DNA from: Escherichia phage a20
Sequence record: OQ067374.1
DNA: 64,000 nucleotides
Strand: one strand, 5' to 3'
In this document: one piece after another, positions 28,336 to 36,425 of the stretch
Layout of the letters: every line of letters starts with the position of its first letter
Position numbering within the stretch: position 1 is the first letter of the stretch
Translations under genes and position numbers: made by a program
The notes under the pieces: generated by a model
What the model saw: the letters and a program-made list of their open reading frames with translations, nothing else
Databases searched by the model: none
Told to the model about the DNA's origin: nothing

Positions 28336-28917
28336 TTATAACAATCCTGTCAAATCATTCCAATGCTTCCGGCATAATGACACATATCTATCAGTATCAC
28401 CAATTTCAATTTGACTGCCATCTGTAATTGGAAGTCCGTCTTCCGTGACTCTAGCTACCATTGTGGCCTTTTTACCACAATGACAGACACCTTTAAGTTC
28501 AACAAGCTTATCGGCAATAGCCATTAATGCTTGAGAACCTTCAAATAGATTACCTTTAAAATCTGTTCGTAGTCCATATGCCATTACCGGCACATTGTAT
28601 ACGTCAACAATACGACTAAGTTGATACACCTTTTCAGTAGTTAAGAACTGAGCTTCGTCAACAAATACGCAGTGAATATCCTTTTGTGCTGCAGCCCATT
28701 TATAGAATTCAAAGATATCCATGTCTTTTGTAATTATATTGGCATCTTGACGAATACCAATACGGGAGACTATTTCACCCTTTGAATCACGAGTATCAAT
28801 AGCCGGTTTAAGAACTAATACACCCATGCCACGTTCTTTATAGTTATGTGCGGCAGTAAGTAATGAAGCAGACTTACCAGCGTTCATAGCGGCATAGGTA
28901 AAAATTAAACTAGCCAT
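28336..28917 (-). CDS. tk: Thymidine kinase
   Basis: 193 aa, P-loop AAMNAGKSASLL, FVDEAQF, zinc ribbon CHCGKKA...CRKH. Confidence 0.92.
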   Translation of the reverse strand: MASLIFTYAAMNAGKSASLLTAAHNYKERGMGVLVLKPAIDTRDSKGEIVSRIGIRQDANIITKDMDIFEFYKWAAAQKDIHCVFVDEAQFLTTEKVYQLSRIVDVYNVPVMAYGLRTDFKGNLFEGSQALMAIADKLVELKGVCHCGKKATMVARVTEDGLPITDGSQIEIGDTDRYVSLCRKHWNDLTGLL

Positions 28918-28926
28918 AAGAGTCCT

Positions 28927-29109
28927 TTATAGTGAATTCACGTAGTCAATGAGTTCTTGTTCTTTCCTGTCAAATGATTCCATCAATGCGTGATATTCTT
29001 CATCTGTTAAAGGAGCATATTCATCGTACGCATTGGTGGCTGCTTGCTCATCCAATAGGTCATGGATAAGTTCGAACAGTTTAGCTTTCTCTTCTTTAGT
29101 TAATTTCAT
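28927..29109 (-). CDS. Hypothetical acidic protein
   Basis: 60-aa ORF. Confidence 0.5.
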   Translation of the reverse strand: MKLTKEEKAKLFELIHDLLDEQAATNAYDEYAPLTDEEYHALMESFDRKEQELIDYVNSL

Positions 29110-29333
29110 TTAGGTTCACCTTCTTTAACGAAATCTGGGTAAGGGTAAAATCCTGAGTAAAACCCTTCACCTTTATGATTGCTACAACCTTTGTTTGAAC
29201 AGTAACACCAATAATCAAAATCACAGGCCATTTCGTCATTGCATAGAGCAAATACTACAGGCCATTCACACTTTTCGCATTTAGCGCCTTTAATAATTTT
29301 TGTTTGACTCATAACCATTTGACCTGCATGCAA
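29106..29333 (-). CDS. Hypothetical Cys-rich protein
   Basis: 75 aa with multiple Cys pairs. Confidence 0.5.
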   Translation of the reverse strand: MHAGQMVMSQTKIIKGAKCEKCEWPVVFALCNDEMACDFDYWCYCSNKGCSNHKGEGFYSGFYPYPDFVKEGEPK

Positions 29334-29521
29334 TATTCTTCGACATGCTTTTTACGACCTTTCTTATCAATAAAGGTATATTCCATAAAGCGTCCATGAT
29401 AACGACGTTCAACATCGTGAGGGGTGTTAATAGGACACTTAGTCTGACGAATTTCTTCCCATTCACGAATAATAACTGCTTTATTCTTTGGGTCATACGG
29501 GTGAGGATAATGCACATTCAT
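29309..29521 (-). CDS. Hypothetical protein
   Basis: Start probably at MNVHYPHPYD; preferred over overlapping frame 29290-29517. Confidence 0.45.
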   Translation of the reverse strand: MNVHYPHPYDPKNKAVIIREWEEIRQTKCPINTPHDVERRYHGRFMEYTFIDKKGRKKHVEEYCMQVKWL

Positions 29522-30015
29522 AACAATGGTTCCCAATCAACAATCACAATTTCTAGTTTAGTGGAATATGTATCAAGAATTTCTTCAATGATATCCCAGT
29601 TTCCACCACCTATACCTGCTCCAATTCTTGGCATGTAAATCACAGGCTTTGCTATCTTATTCTTTCCGAATTTATTTAATTCTATTATACAATTCATTAA
29701 AGCAGAGTACTCAAAATTAGGTCCGGGCTCAAACTGTGTATAAAGATTAAAGCAATAAGCTTTATGGGTCTTAAAATATTTTTCATAAACCGAATAGGAA
29801 CCGAGTTTAGACTCGTCTCCGAATTCGGTTTGAAGTTTATCGGCTTCTAAAATTTTTGGATAAGCCTTTGCTAATTGGCCTGCTACACCGGCGCCCATTG
29901 TATGAAAACAATTACACCCATGAGCAATATTATTACCTTTAGAAAACAGGGCGACAATATCGCCCTTGATATAGTTTTTAATCACTTGCTGCAAGTCCTC
30001 TATTATAAGAGTCAA
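29518..30015 (-). CDS. Macro-domain-like protein (putative ADP-ribose binding/hydrolase)
   Basis: NIAHGCNCFHTMGAGVAGQLAKA resembles the macrodomain NAAN...GGGVAGAL signature; 165 aa. Confidence 0.6.
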   Translation of the reverse strand: MTLIIEDLQQVIKNYIKGDIVALFSKGNNIAHGCNCFHTMGAGVAGQLAKAYPKILEADKLQTEFGDESKLGSYSVYEKYFKTHKAYCFNLYTQFEPGPNFEYSALMNCIIELNKFGKNKIAKPVIYMPRIGAGIGGGNWDIIEEILDTYSTKLEIVIVDWEPLL

Positions 30016-30325
30016 CTAGACGGTCCACCATAGAATTGCATGCTGCCTTATCTTTAGGTTCCGCCACCGAGCATTCTAATATTTGCCATTTTTTATAGTA
30101 TCTTTTAATTAAGGTAGACGCCTTGAACCTACTAGACGCCCCATCTTTTTCTCCGTCTTTATACGCATATAACAATTTTTGTGAAAAATCTACTTTACAC
30201 TCTTGACTTTTACCACAATAATCAGACGCCGTTCTGTTTGTATACTCCGTTACATCAGTATATGTAGTATTAGCAAGAGCGTTAAATGAAACCAAGCCAA
30301 CTATTAAAGCCAACATTTTGGTCAT
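29978..30325 (-). CDS. Hypothetical secreted protein
   Basis: 115 aa, signal peptide MTKMLALIVGLVSFNALA. Confidence 0.55.
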   Translation of the reverse strand: MTKMLALIVGLVSFNALANTTYTDVTEYTNRTASDYCGKSQECKVDFSQKLLYAYKDGEKDGASSRFKASTLIKRYYKKWQILECSVAEPKDKAACNSMVDRLVDSYNRGLAASD

Positions 30326-30864
30326 TCTTTTATTTCCAGTAGTTTATTTGATTTAAGGTAATTAGCCTTTTCTAGGACTTCAGAAGCATATTTACTTCCA
30401 GCACTTGTCTTCCATCCCGCATTATATGAGGATATAGCTTTTCTTATATCCCCGTTATGTATATTTAACCAGTAAGAAAATTCGATATAAGCCCATCTGG
30501 TTGAATTAGACCGCTTAGATAGCATTTTCTTAATTTGGGCATCAGTCATATTATAACCAAGCTGGTTAATTCTTGCCCTCATTGTTGGTAGATAATTTTG
30601 GAACATTCCATACGCATGGTGACCTTTCTTATCTTTAAGATTAATGCCGGCAGATGATTCTTGCCATAGTATTGCGGCCATTATGTATCCAAGTCCTTTC
30701 TTATGCATATTTTCATGCGTTTTAAATTTTCCGTCCTTAGAAAACTGTTCCCCAAACTGATAAGCATAATTCAAGTTATCGAGTTGGACATTACTAAAAG
30801 TATGCTCGGAGCTATGTGCTGATAATGAAAGAGCAAATAGACCAGCGAGTAGTGCTTTTCTCAT
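30322..30864 (-). CDS. Secreted lytic-transglycosylase-like protein
   Basis: Signal peptide MRKALLAGLFALSLSA; AAILWQESS...YGMFQ resembles SLT catalytic ES...GLMQ motif. Confidence 0.6.
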   Translation of the reverse strand: MRKALLAGLFALSLSAHSSEHTFSNVQLDNLNYAYQFGEQFSKDGKFKTHENMHKKGLGYIMAAILWQESSAGINLKDKKGHHAYGMFQNYLPTMRARINQLGYNMTDAQIKKMLSKRSNSTRWAYIEFSYWLNIHNGDIRKAISSYNAGWKTSAGSKYASEVLEKANYLKSNKLLEIKE

Positions 30865-30872
30865 GTTTACCT

Positions 30873-31331
30873 CTAGATTTTAATCACTGCTTTAGAAGCT
30901 TTTCCTGGTAGTCGTTTACTGTTAATAATAGCCATTCTGCATTGAAGAGTCTTCATTTTGAATGCCGGATTTTCGCGACAAACTGTAAGTCCCAACCAAA
31001 GATTTCCATCAGTTATTTCTAAACGGCCTGGACGGTATTCGACACCTTCGACAAAATCTTCATCAACATCTGGACGTGCCGGCATTGATAAAAATTCTGC
31101 AACTTCTTTAACATGATTTTTTACTTTACGAAATAATTCAAAAACGTAATTCTCATCTATTTCTCTCTGGATGGCACGATCTAAGAGATGTTGAGAATAC
31201 TTGATATGAAAGCCTGGTAGTCCAAGAGACTTTGCAGCATCTTTTATACTGGCATTTATTTTGCGGAACTCCGTTTCAAAGATTCGACGGAGTTTATTAC
31301 GGCGGATAAAAACGTCTGAATTGATAGTCAT
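30873..31331 (-). CDS. regB: Endoribonuclease RegB
   Basis: 152 aa, MTINSDVFIRRNKLRR...LQCRMAIINSKRLPGKASKAVIK matches T4 RegB. Confidence 0.9.
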   Translation of the reverse strand: MTINSDVFIRRNKLRRIFETEFRKINASIKDAAKSLGLPGFHIKYSQHLLDRAIQREIDENYVFELFRKVKNHVKEVAEFLSMPARPDVDEDFVEGVEYRPGRLEITDGNLWLGLTVCRENPAFKMKTLQCRMAIINSKRLPGKASKAVIKI

Positions 31332-31359
31332 TTTGATTTCTCCTCTAGTTGACAGGTCT

Positions 31360-31388
31360 ATAGTAACACAACTAGAGGAGAAGTAAAC
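31360..31388 (-). promoter_or_regulatory. T4-early-type promoter (GTTTAC-N17-TACTAT) nested in 12-bp inverted repeat that includes the regB SD
   Basis: Arms TCTCCTCTAGTT / AACTAGAGGAGA at 31339-31381 flank the -10. Confidence 0.45.
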
Positions 31389-31392
31389 TACT

Positions 31393-31608
31393 TTATTGAT
31401 AAAATGGAGTTAAAGCCCAAGATTCTTTAGATACCATATTGGCGAAATGCCTCATCTCTTCGATTTGGCGACGACGCTGGTCAGCATAGTCTTCTTCGCC
31501 TTCTTCCTTACAATCTTCAAGGTCTTCTTCAAGATACTTTAAGTATTCACTACAAATTTTGTTGACTTTTTCTTGGAAGTCCAATAACCCAGTAATAGTA
31601 GAAGCCAT
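31393..31608 (-). CDS. Hypothetical acidic protein
   Basis: 71-aa ORF. Confidence 0.55.
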   Translation of the reverse strand: MASTITGLLDFQEKVNKICSEYLKYLEEDLEDCKEEGEEDYADQRRRQIEEMRHFANMVSKESWALTPFYQ

Positions 31609-31853
31609 TAGTATTTTTCCTCAGGCTGAAATACTGCGCGGCAAGCCCACATACTAGCTTCCTTTAGACGCTCTTTAGCACAGTTAAGTTGGGACAAAGC
31701 CGTCAGAGCTTCAGGAGTATTTGCTGATAATGCTTCTTCTGCCAGGGCGTCCAGAATAAGTCCTAAACGAACTTCAGCATCTTTGATAGCATTCACTTTA
31801 CCGATTTTATCATCGGTATGCGGCTTGTAGCCTTTGATGTCTTCAATCGACAT
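31608..31853 (-). CDS. Hypothetical protein
   Basis: Start at ATG 31853 (MSIEDIKGY) with SD GAGGAAAT. Confidence 0.5.
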   Translation of the reverse strand: MSIEDIKGYKPHTDDKIGKVNAIKDAEVRLGLILDALAEEALSANTPEALTALSQLNCAKERLKEASMWACRAVFQPEEKY

Positions 31854-32067
31854 AAGGAATTTCCTCATCGGTGGCAAGGTCATATTCGACCAATTGGATA
31901 GGCTCATTAATACCATATCCACGTACAGTGATATCAGTTGTCGGATAGTTTCCAGTAATATCACCCGTTCTAAATGCTTCAATGAATGATTGCTCGCCTG
32001 AGCAACTAAACCAGGCGGCAAAACATTTTAAAACATCTTCAGACCCTTCTATAATCAATTTAGCCAT
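31843..32067 (-). CDS. Hypothetical protein
   Basis: 74-aa ORF. Confidence 0.5.
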   Translation of the reverse strand: MAKLIIEGSEDVLKCFAAWFSCSGEQSFIEAFRTGDITGNYPTTDITVRGYGINEPIQLVEYDLATDEEIPYVD

Positions 32068-32429
32068 TATAGACTCTCAGTAAAGGTACGAGCGATAACG
32101 TCGCGCTGCTGTTCCGGAGTCAGAGAGTTAAAGCGAACTGCATATCCGGATACACGGATGGTCAGCTGCGGATATTTTTCCGGATGCTTAACTGCATCTT
32201 CCAGAGTTTCACGACGCAGAACGTTAACGTTCAGGTGTTGACCACCTTCAATTTTAACTTTAGGTTGATGTTCAATTTCAATTTCACGAGCATGCAAACC
32301 GTAGAAAATTTCCGGGTCTACAATAGCGTCTTCTTTAAAAGTCTTAGAGACAATAATCCGGGCTTGAGTACTGTCTTCAAAATAAATAGTGCCTTTATGT
32401 GCACCTTCAAGAATTTGATATGCTTTCAT
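32067..32429 (-). CDS. Autonomous glycyl radical cofactor (GrcA/YfiD-like)
   Basis: [28 protein letters not shown] is the glycyl-radical signature of PFL C-terminus/YfiD; T4 is known to encode such a protein. Confidence 0.8.
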   Translation of the reverse strand: MKAYQILEGAHKGTIYFEDSTQARIIVSKTFKEDAIVDPEIFYGLHAREIEIEHQPKVKIEGGQHLNVNVLRRETLEDAVKHPEKYPQLTIRVSGYAVRFNSLTPEQQRDVIARTFTESL

Positions 32430-32435
32430 ATAACC

Positions 32436-32744
32436 TCAATTAGAAAATAAATTTATCCAAGATTTTTCTTTAATCAAAAATGGGTCGGAATTAAACGCCA
32501 TTAAACTTTGAGTGATTAATCCCTTAAATGGCCCATCAATAAATTCCATTTTGAAATGCGGAATACTAGTCATCAACCGTGCATTAGGAGCAGTACAAAG
32601 AACCTGCTGCCCTGCGAACGGACCTTTAGTCAAACGATATCGTTTAGGTTTAAAATGGTAAATCTCATAATTTTCTACAAGAGCCCTTTTATTGCATACT
32701 GGGCTGTTATAACAATACTCAAAAACTTCAATAGTGGTCATCAT
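32436..32744 (-). CDS. Hypothetical protein
   Basis: 102-aa ORF. Confidence 0.55.
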   Translation of the reverse strand: MMTTIEVFEYCYNSPVCNKRALVENYEIYHFKPKRYRLTKGPFAGQQVLCTAPNARLMTSIPHFKMEFIDGPFKGLITQSLMAFNSDPFLIKEKSWINLFSN

Positions 32745-33280
32745 TGCATTCCAATCACAAAAAATTGAGGACGAGCATTACCGCCGATGCAATATTTGCT
32801 TTTGCAGCAGTGCTGTACTGTTTTAATGTGGACATTGTAAATCTTATCCATATCAGGAGCTTTAATAGGCTCGTCAATTATATACAGAATACGAGAAAGC
32901 GTTAATCCACGAAATTTAGAACCTTCATTGCCAATAAAACTACGAACAGAATCAGTAAATAAACGGAATCGAATATCATCGCTAGAATAACGAGAAAATT
33001 CTTTTTCAATGTTGCCAGCAGAAATTTTAGCGTAAGCTGAAGTATTAGAAAGAACAATAACTGTTCCACCATCATACAGCCAATTAACAGCAAAATTAGT
33101 TACTGCGGTCGATTTACCTGATTGTCTGCCGCCGTCTAAACGAAGTGTACAGTACTGCTTGAGTACGTCTTCAAATGGTGGGGCATAACCGTTCTTACAA
33201 ATTTCTTCTACTCTAGCATCAGAATGGTGTGTAAAAGCATTCATCAGGGATAGATAAGGACCAGTTAAAAATGTTCTCAT
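32741..33280 (-). CDS. Hypothetical P-loop protein
   Basis: GGRQSGKSTA Walker A-like motif; 179 aa. Confidence 0.55.
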   Translation of the reverse strand: MRTFLTGPYLSLMNAFTHHSDARVEEICKNGYAPPFEDVLKQYCTLRLDGGRQSGKSTAVTNFAVNWLYDGGTVIVLSNTSAYAKISAGNIEKEFSRYSSDDIRFRLFTDSVRSFIGNEGSKFRGLTLSRILYIIDEPIKAPDMDKIYNVHIKTVQHCCKSKYCIGGNARPQFFVIGMQ

Positions 33281-33452
33281 TTAGTTTCTCTTTTAGGTTG
33301 GGCCATTCCGTGGCACATGTTAGGTCCTTCGACTCGCTATGTAAACCCATTACCGCATTGCGCTCGACCTTATTACAGGTTGGAAAAGGTACATCACTCA
33401 GAGGACTCGACGTTCATGAGGAGAGGTTGCGTTTCCCTTTATTAGGCAAGAA

Positions 33453-33782
33453 TTATACTCTAGGCTTTTGAGCTTGTTTGGTATTGGATTCCCATGCGGC
33501 TTTGGTAATTTTGTTAGCGGCATAACCAAAGGCATTAGATAGAACACCTTTAGAGTTGAATACATCCAATCCAATAAGTACACCGGCTGTGTTAAATTTA
33601 GGAGCAAAGTACGCATTAGTTTTAGAAAGAGCTTTTTTCAATTCAGGGTCTTGAACCAAGCCATCAAAAACGCCTTTACTATTTACTTTGTATGTTACTT
33701 TGGGATTTTTACCTTCTTCGATAGCAGCTTTCTGTTCCGCAGATAATGTAACTTCAGTGATAAACTCCTGATATGTTTTCAT
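33453..33782 (-). CDS. Internal-protein-like (capsid-targeting N-terminus MKTYQEFITE)
   Basis: N-terminus matches T4 IP capsid targeting sequence MKTYQEFIAE; variable C-terminus. Confidence 0.7.
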   Translation of the reverse strand: MKTYQEFITEVTLSAEQKAAIEEGKNPKVTYKVNSKGVFDGLVQDPELKKALSKTNAYFAPKFNTAGVLIGLDVFNSKGVLSNAFGYAANKITKAAWESNTKQAQKPRV

Positions 33783-33807
33783 TTTGTTCCTATTGTTTTA
33801 ATTTATG

Positions 33808-34122
33808 TTATTCTTTAGGGAAGTTTTTAGAGTATGCATCATAAAGTTTATTACCAATACGACGGAAGACTTTAGCTGCAAAACGGTTTTCAGGGTTTTT
33901 AATCATGATTTGCATCATGTAAGTTCCTGCATCCGAAAGAGCTTCTTCATAGTACCCATTAATTTCTTTAAGAGTCCTACGTTTACCACCAGGACCGTCA
34001 ACAGTAATTTTCCATTTACCTGTAGAAGTGCGGCTCGGTGGCTCAACTTGTTCAATCCAAATATAACCACCTTCAACGCGTTGGTTGGCGGATTCTGCAA
34101 TAAATTCTTTATACGTTTTCAT
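33808..34122 (-). CDS. Internal-protein-like (MKTYKEFIAE N-terminus)
   Basis: CTS-like N-terminus; early promoter GTTTAC-N18-TATAAT upstream. Confidence 0.7.
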   Translation of the reverse strand: MKTYKEFIAESANQRVEGGYIWIEQVEPPSRTSTGKWKITVDGPGGKRRTLKEINGYYEEALSDAGTYMMQIMIKNPENRFAAKVFRRIGNKLYDAYSKNFPKE

Positions 34123-34185
34123 TTTTGTTTCCTTGTTTGTTTTGATAGAGTAATTATACCATATTAATACTTAAGCGTAAACAAT

Positions 34186-34446
34186 TTAAGCTTTACCGCC
34201 AGAAATAATTCCGAAGTTGTTAAAATCATATCCAATATCGTCAACATCTACTTTAGGACTTGCTACAACATAAGCAATTTCACTACGTTTTGCATAGGTG
34301 TTGATTTCTTTACCATCGCCACCTAAGAAAGAATACCCATTACGTTTTAATGAGCCAAAGTCTTCCGCATCACCAATGAAAGCTTTAACTTTAAATTTAG
34401 GACCTTTGGCATCTGCTTCAATGATAAATTCTTGATACATTTTCAT
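34186..34446 (-). CDS. Internal-protein-like (MKMYQEFIIE N-terminus)
   Basis: CTS-like N-terminus, 86 aa. Confidence 0.65.
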   Translation of the reverse strand: MKMYQEFIIEADAKGPKFKVKAFIGDAEDFGSLKRNGYSFLGGDGKEINTYAKRSEIAYVVASPKVDVDDIGYDFNNFGIISGGKA

Positions 34447-34452
34447 TTTTCC

Positions 34453-34866
34453 TTAGTAAATTGATTTACCATAGTATTTGTACCAAGTCGGACGTTGAGC
34501 AATTTTTTCATCTAAGCGTGCTTGACTTATCGCAATGGACGCTTCGGACGGGACATAATTATTACGAAATTCGGCAGGGATGTCGGAAATATCCTGGACT
34601 GTCGTGTCCTTGATTTTGAAACCACGTTTCAAACATTCAGCGATTAGCTCGATTTGACGTAAACGTAAAAATTCGAGTTTGTCGTAAAAGAATGTTACGT
34701 GACCTGTGCCTAAGATAAATGTTGGAGAGATTTTAAAATCCTTTACACGTTTACCGTTTTGAACATGTTTACGGACTGCACCAAATACGCGTGGTAATTC
34801 ACGATACTCAGCCATAAGATGTTGGTCGGACAGTTCAGAAACAAGTGTTAAATTGATACGAGTCAT
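34453..34866 (-). CDS. denV: Endonuclease V (pyrimidine dimer DNA glycosylase) DenV
   Basis: [34 protein letters not shown]... matches T4 endo V; ATG 34866 with SD GGAGGAAA. Confidence 0.92.
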   Translation of the reverse strand: MTRINLTLVSELSDQHLMAEYRELPRVFGAVRKHVQNGKRVKDFKISPTFILGTGHVTFFYDKLEFLRLRQIELIAECLKRGFKIKDTTVQDISDIPAEFRNNYVPSEASIAISQARLDEKIAQRPTWYKYYGKSIY

Positions 34867-34893
34867 AATTTCCTCCAAGTAGTTGATGAATGT

Positions 34894-34922
34894 ATAGTAT
34901 CAAAGTCCTTGGAGGAAGTAAA
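34894..34922 (-). promoter_or_regulatory. T4-early-type promoter (GTTTAC-N17-TACTAT) nested in 10-bp inverted repeat that includes the denV SD
   Basis: Arms TTCCTCCAAG (34870-34879) / CTTGGAGGAA (34908-34917). Confidence 0.45.
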
Positions 34923-34924
34923 CA

Positions 34925-35206
34925 CTATTTTTCTGAAGCGCCTGAAATATATTTTTCAAGACGTTGTTTCATTAGCGAGCCGTTCTTAGCGATTTCTTCC
35001 GGTTTATCGCACATACGCAACAATGCTTCAAGCTTAACGATATCGCTGGTGCGCTCAAATTTGCGAGTGTCTATCTTACTAGCAAGTTCAGAAATACGTG
35101 CTAATAGACTTTCAGCTTCAACCAAAGCTGCACCTAGCTTAGTTGCAAATGTGTCAGTAGCTTCATTAAGAATAGATTCTGATAAAAATTCACTATATGT
35201 TTTCAT
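34925..35206 (-). CDS. Internal-protein-like ([11 protein letters not shown]-terminus)
   Basis: CTS-like start at ATG 35206; helical C-terminal region. Confidence 0.6.
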   Translation of the reverse strand: MKTYSEFLSESILNEATDTFATKLGAALVEAESLLARISELASKIDTRKFERTSDIVKLEALLRMCDKPEEIAKNGSLMKQRLEKYISGASEK

Positions 35207-35691
35207 ATATACGCTTTCCAAGTTCCTGTTTTAAATGTTGAGATTACGCGTTTCGCGCGATTAGGTGTCTGACGATACCATTTAGATTGGGCGAGATTTA
35301 CTGCCGCCTCGTCCCAACGTTTCTGTTGAAGCATACGAAGAGAATTAGTAAAACCAGCGACGCCTGCTACACCCATTTGGAAGACCATATTGACCAATGC
35401 ACATCGACGAACCGCATCTAAAGAATCATATACCGGTTTAAGTTTAGCATTACCCAAGATTCCGCGAACGGCTTTATCAACGTCTTCATTAAATAGCTTT
35501 TCAGCCTCATCAAGGGTAATTGTACCGTTGCATTTACGACCGATCATTCTGTCAAGTTCAGCTTTAGCTACGGCTAAAGACGGATTCTTTGTTACTAAAT
35601 GGCCTATGCCAATCGTCCAAAAGCCTTCAGTGTCTTTGTATAAAGTCAGTCTAAGACCTTCGTCATTACGAAGCATTTCAAATATATTCAT
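35203..35691 (-). CDS. e: Endolysin (T4 lysozyme)
   Basis: [32 protein letters not shown]...; catalytic E11/D20/T26 context conserved. Confidence 0.95.
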   Translation of the reverse strand: MNIFEMLRNDEGLRLTLYKDTEGFWTIGIGHLVTKNPSLAVAKAELDRMIGRKCNGTITLDEAEKLFNEDVDKAVRGILGNAKLKPVYDSLDAVRRCALVNMVFQMGVAGVAGFTNSLRMLQQKRWDEAAVNLAQSKWYRQTPNRAKRVISTFKTGTWKAYI

Positions 35692-35694
35692 AAT

Positions 35695-35730
35695 ACCTCC
35701 CACGTTTATAGGAGGTATTTATTACTTATA
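35695..35730 (-). promoter_or_regulatory. SD-sequestering hairpin with embedded late-promoter-like box upstream of e
   Basis: Minus-strand AATAAATA then ACCUCC-UAUAAACGUG-GGAGGU-AUUAUG; same arrangement as described for T4 gene e. Confidence 0.5.
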
Positions 35731-36184
35731 GGAGGGTAGTGAGCACCTTATATAATGATTTGCCCATTACATATTCCCATTGAGAAGGTTTAATTAAAGC
35801 GAATGCATCAAATTCAGGAATCTGACGTCCGTCTGGGAATGTATGATAGGAATTACAAACACTATTTCTGAATTGCTCGTGCTCTACAGGGATGGTATAT
35901 AAGAACAGATGAATATTCTTATTGTCTGAGTAATGATGTTCACCTAGGTCTTTCAGGAAGGCAGGGTCATATTGTGTAAACCCAGTTTCTTCTTCGCATT
36001 CACGAATAGCGGCTTCAATAGGAGATTCGCCAGGTTCGACACGGCCTTTAGGAATATCCCACCGATGAGCTAAAGAACCTTTAGGACGAGAACCAGTTAC
36101 ACGCCCCATGAATAATTCTTTATCTTCGGTAAGGAAAATAATACCGGCTGATAGTTCTTTCACTTTATTTTTCTTACTCATCAT
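35726..36184 (-). CDS. nudE: Nudix hydrolase NudE
   Basis: Nudix box GRVEPGESPIEAAIRECEEETG; 152 aa. Confidence 0.85.
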   Translation of the reverse strand: MMSKKNKVKELSAGIIFLTEDKELFMGRVTGSRPKGSLAHRWDIPKGRVEPGESPIEAAIRECEEETGFTQYDPAFLKDLGEHHYSDNKNIHLFLYTIPVEHEQFRNSVCNSYHTFPDGRQIPEFDAFALIKPSQWEYVMGKSLYKVLTTLL

Positions 36185-36425
36185 CTCGGTCCCATGATTT
36201 GGCCATTAATTCGGACATAAATTCTTCAATGCGCGTTTCTTTAGATGGACTTTCACTATTAGAGACCGCAAGTTTGTAATCTGCAATAGGACAGAACATA
36301 TCAAGGTCCATATTAAGATCGTCTTTGATTTTTTCTTCTGACACATCTTTATCGTATGTGTACAGATAACTATCACATGATTCTGATTTAATGTAAATTG
36401 CTATACTCATCTCAAATTCCTGCAT
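36174..36425 (-). CDS. Hypothetical acidic protein
   Basis: 83-aa ORF. Confidence 0.55.
   Translation of the reverse strand: MQEFEMSIAIYIKSESCDSYLYTYDKDVSEEKIKDDLNMDLDMFCPIADYKLAVSNSESPSKETRIEEFMSELMAKSWDRDDE

Noticed and set aside
29290-29517. 75-aa ORF in alternative frame to 29309-29521
   Set aside because: Translation is low-complexity (Leu/Val-rich); the overlapping frame gives a more protein-like sequence with a plausible start.
33281-33452. 172-bp intergenic region with scattered TCGAC-containing repeats, considered as a possible structured RNA
   Set aside because: Only a GTTTAC-N18-TAACAT promoter-like element is clear; no convincing stem-loops or conserved motifs were found by eye.
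33398-34100. ORFs 33398-33616 and 33915-34100 (72 and 61 aa)
   Set aside because: Alternative frames overlapping the internal-protein-like genes 33453-33782 and 33808-34122, which have recognisable N-termini and SDs.
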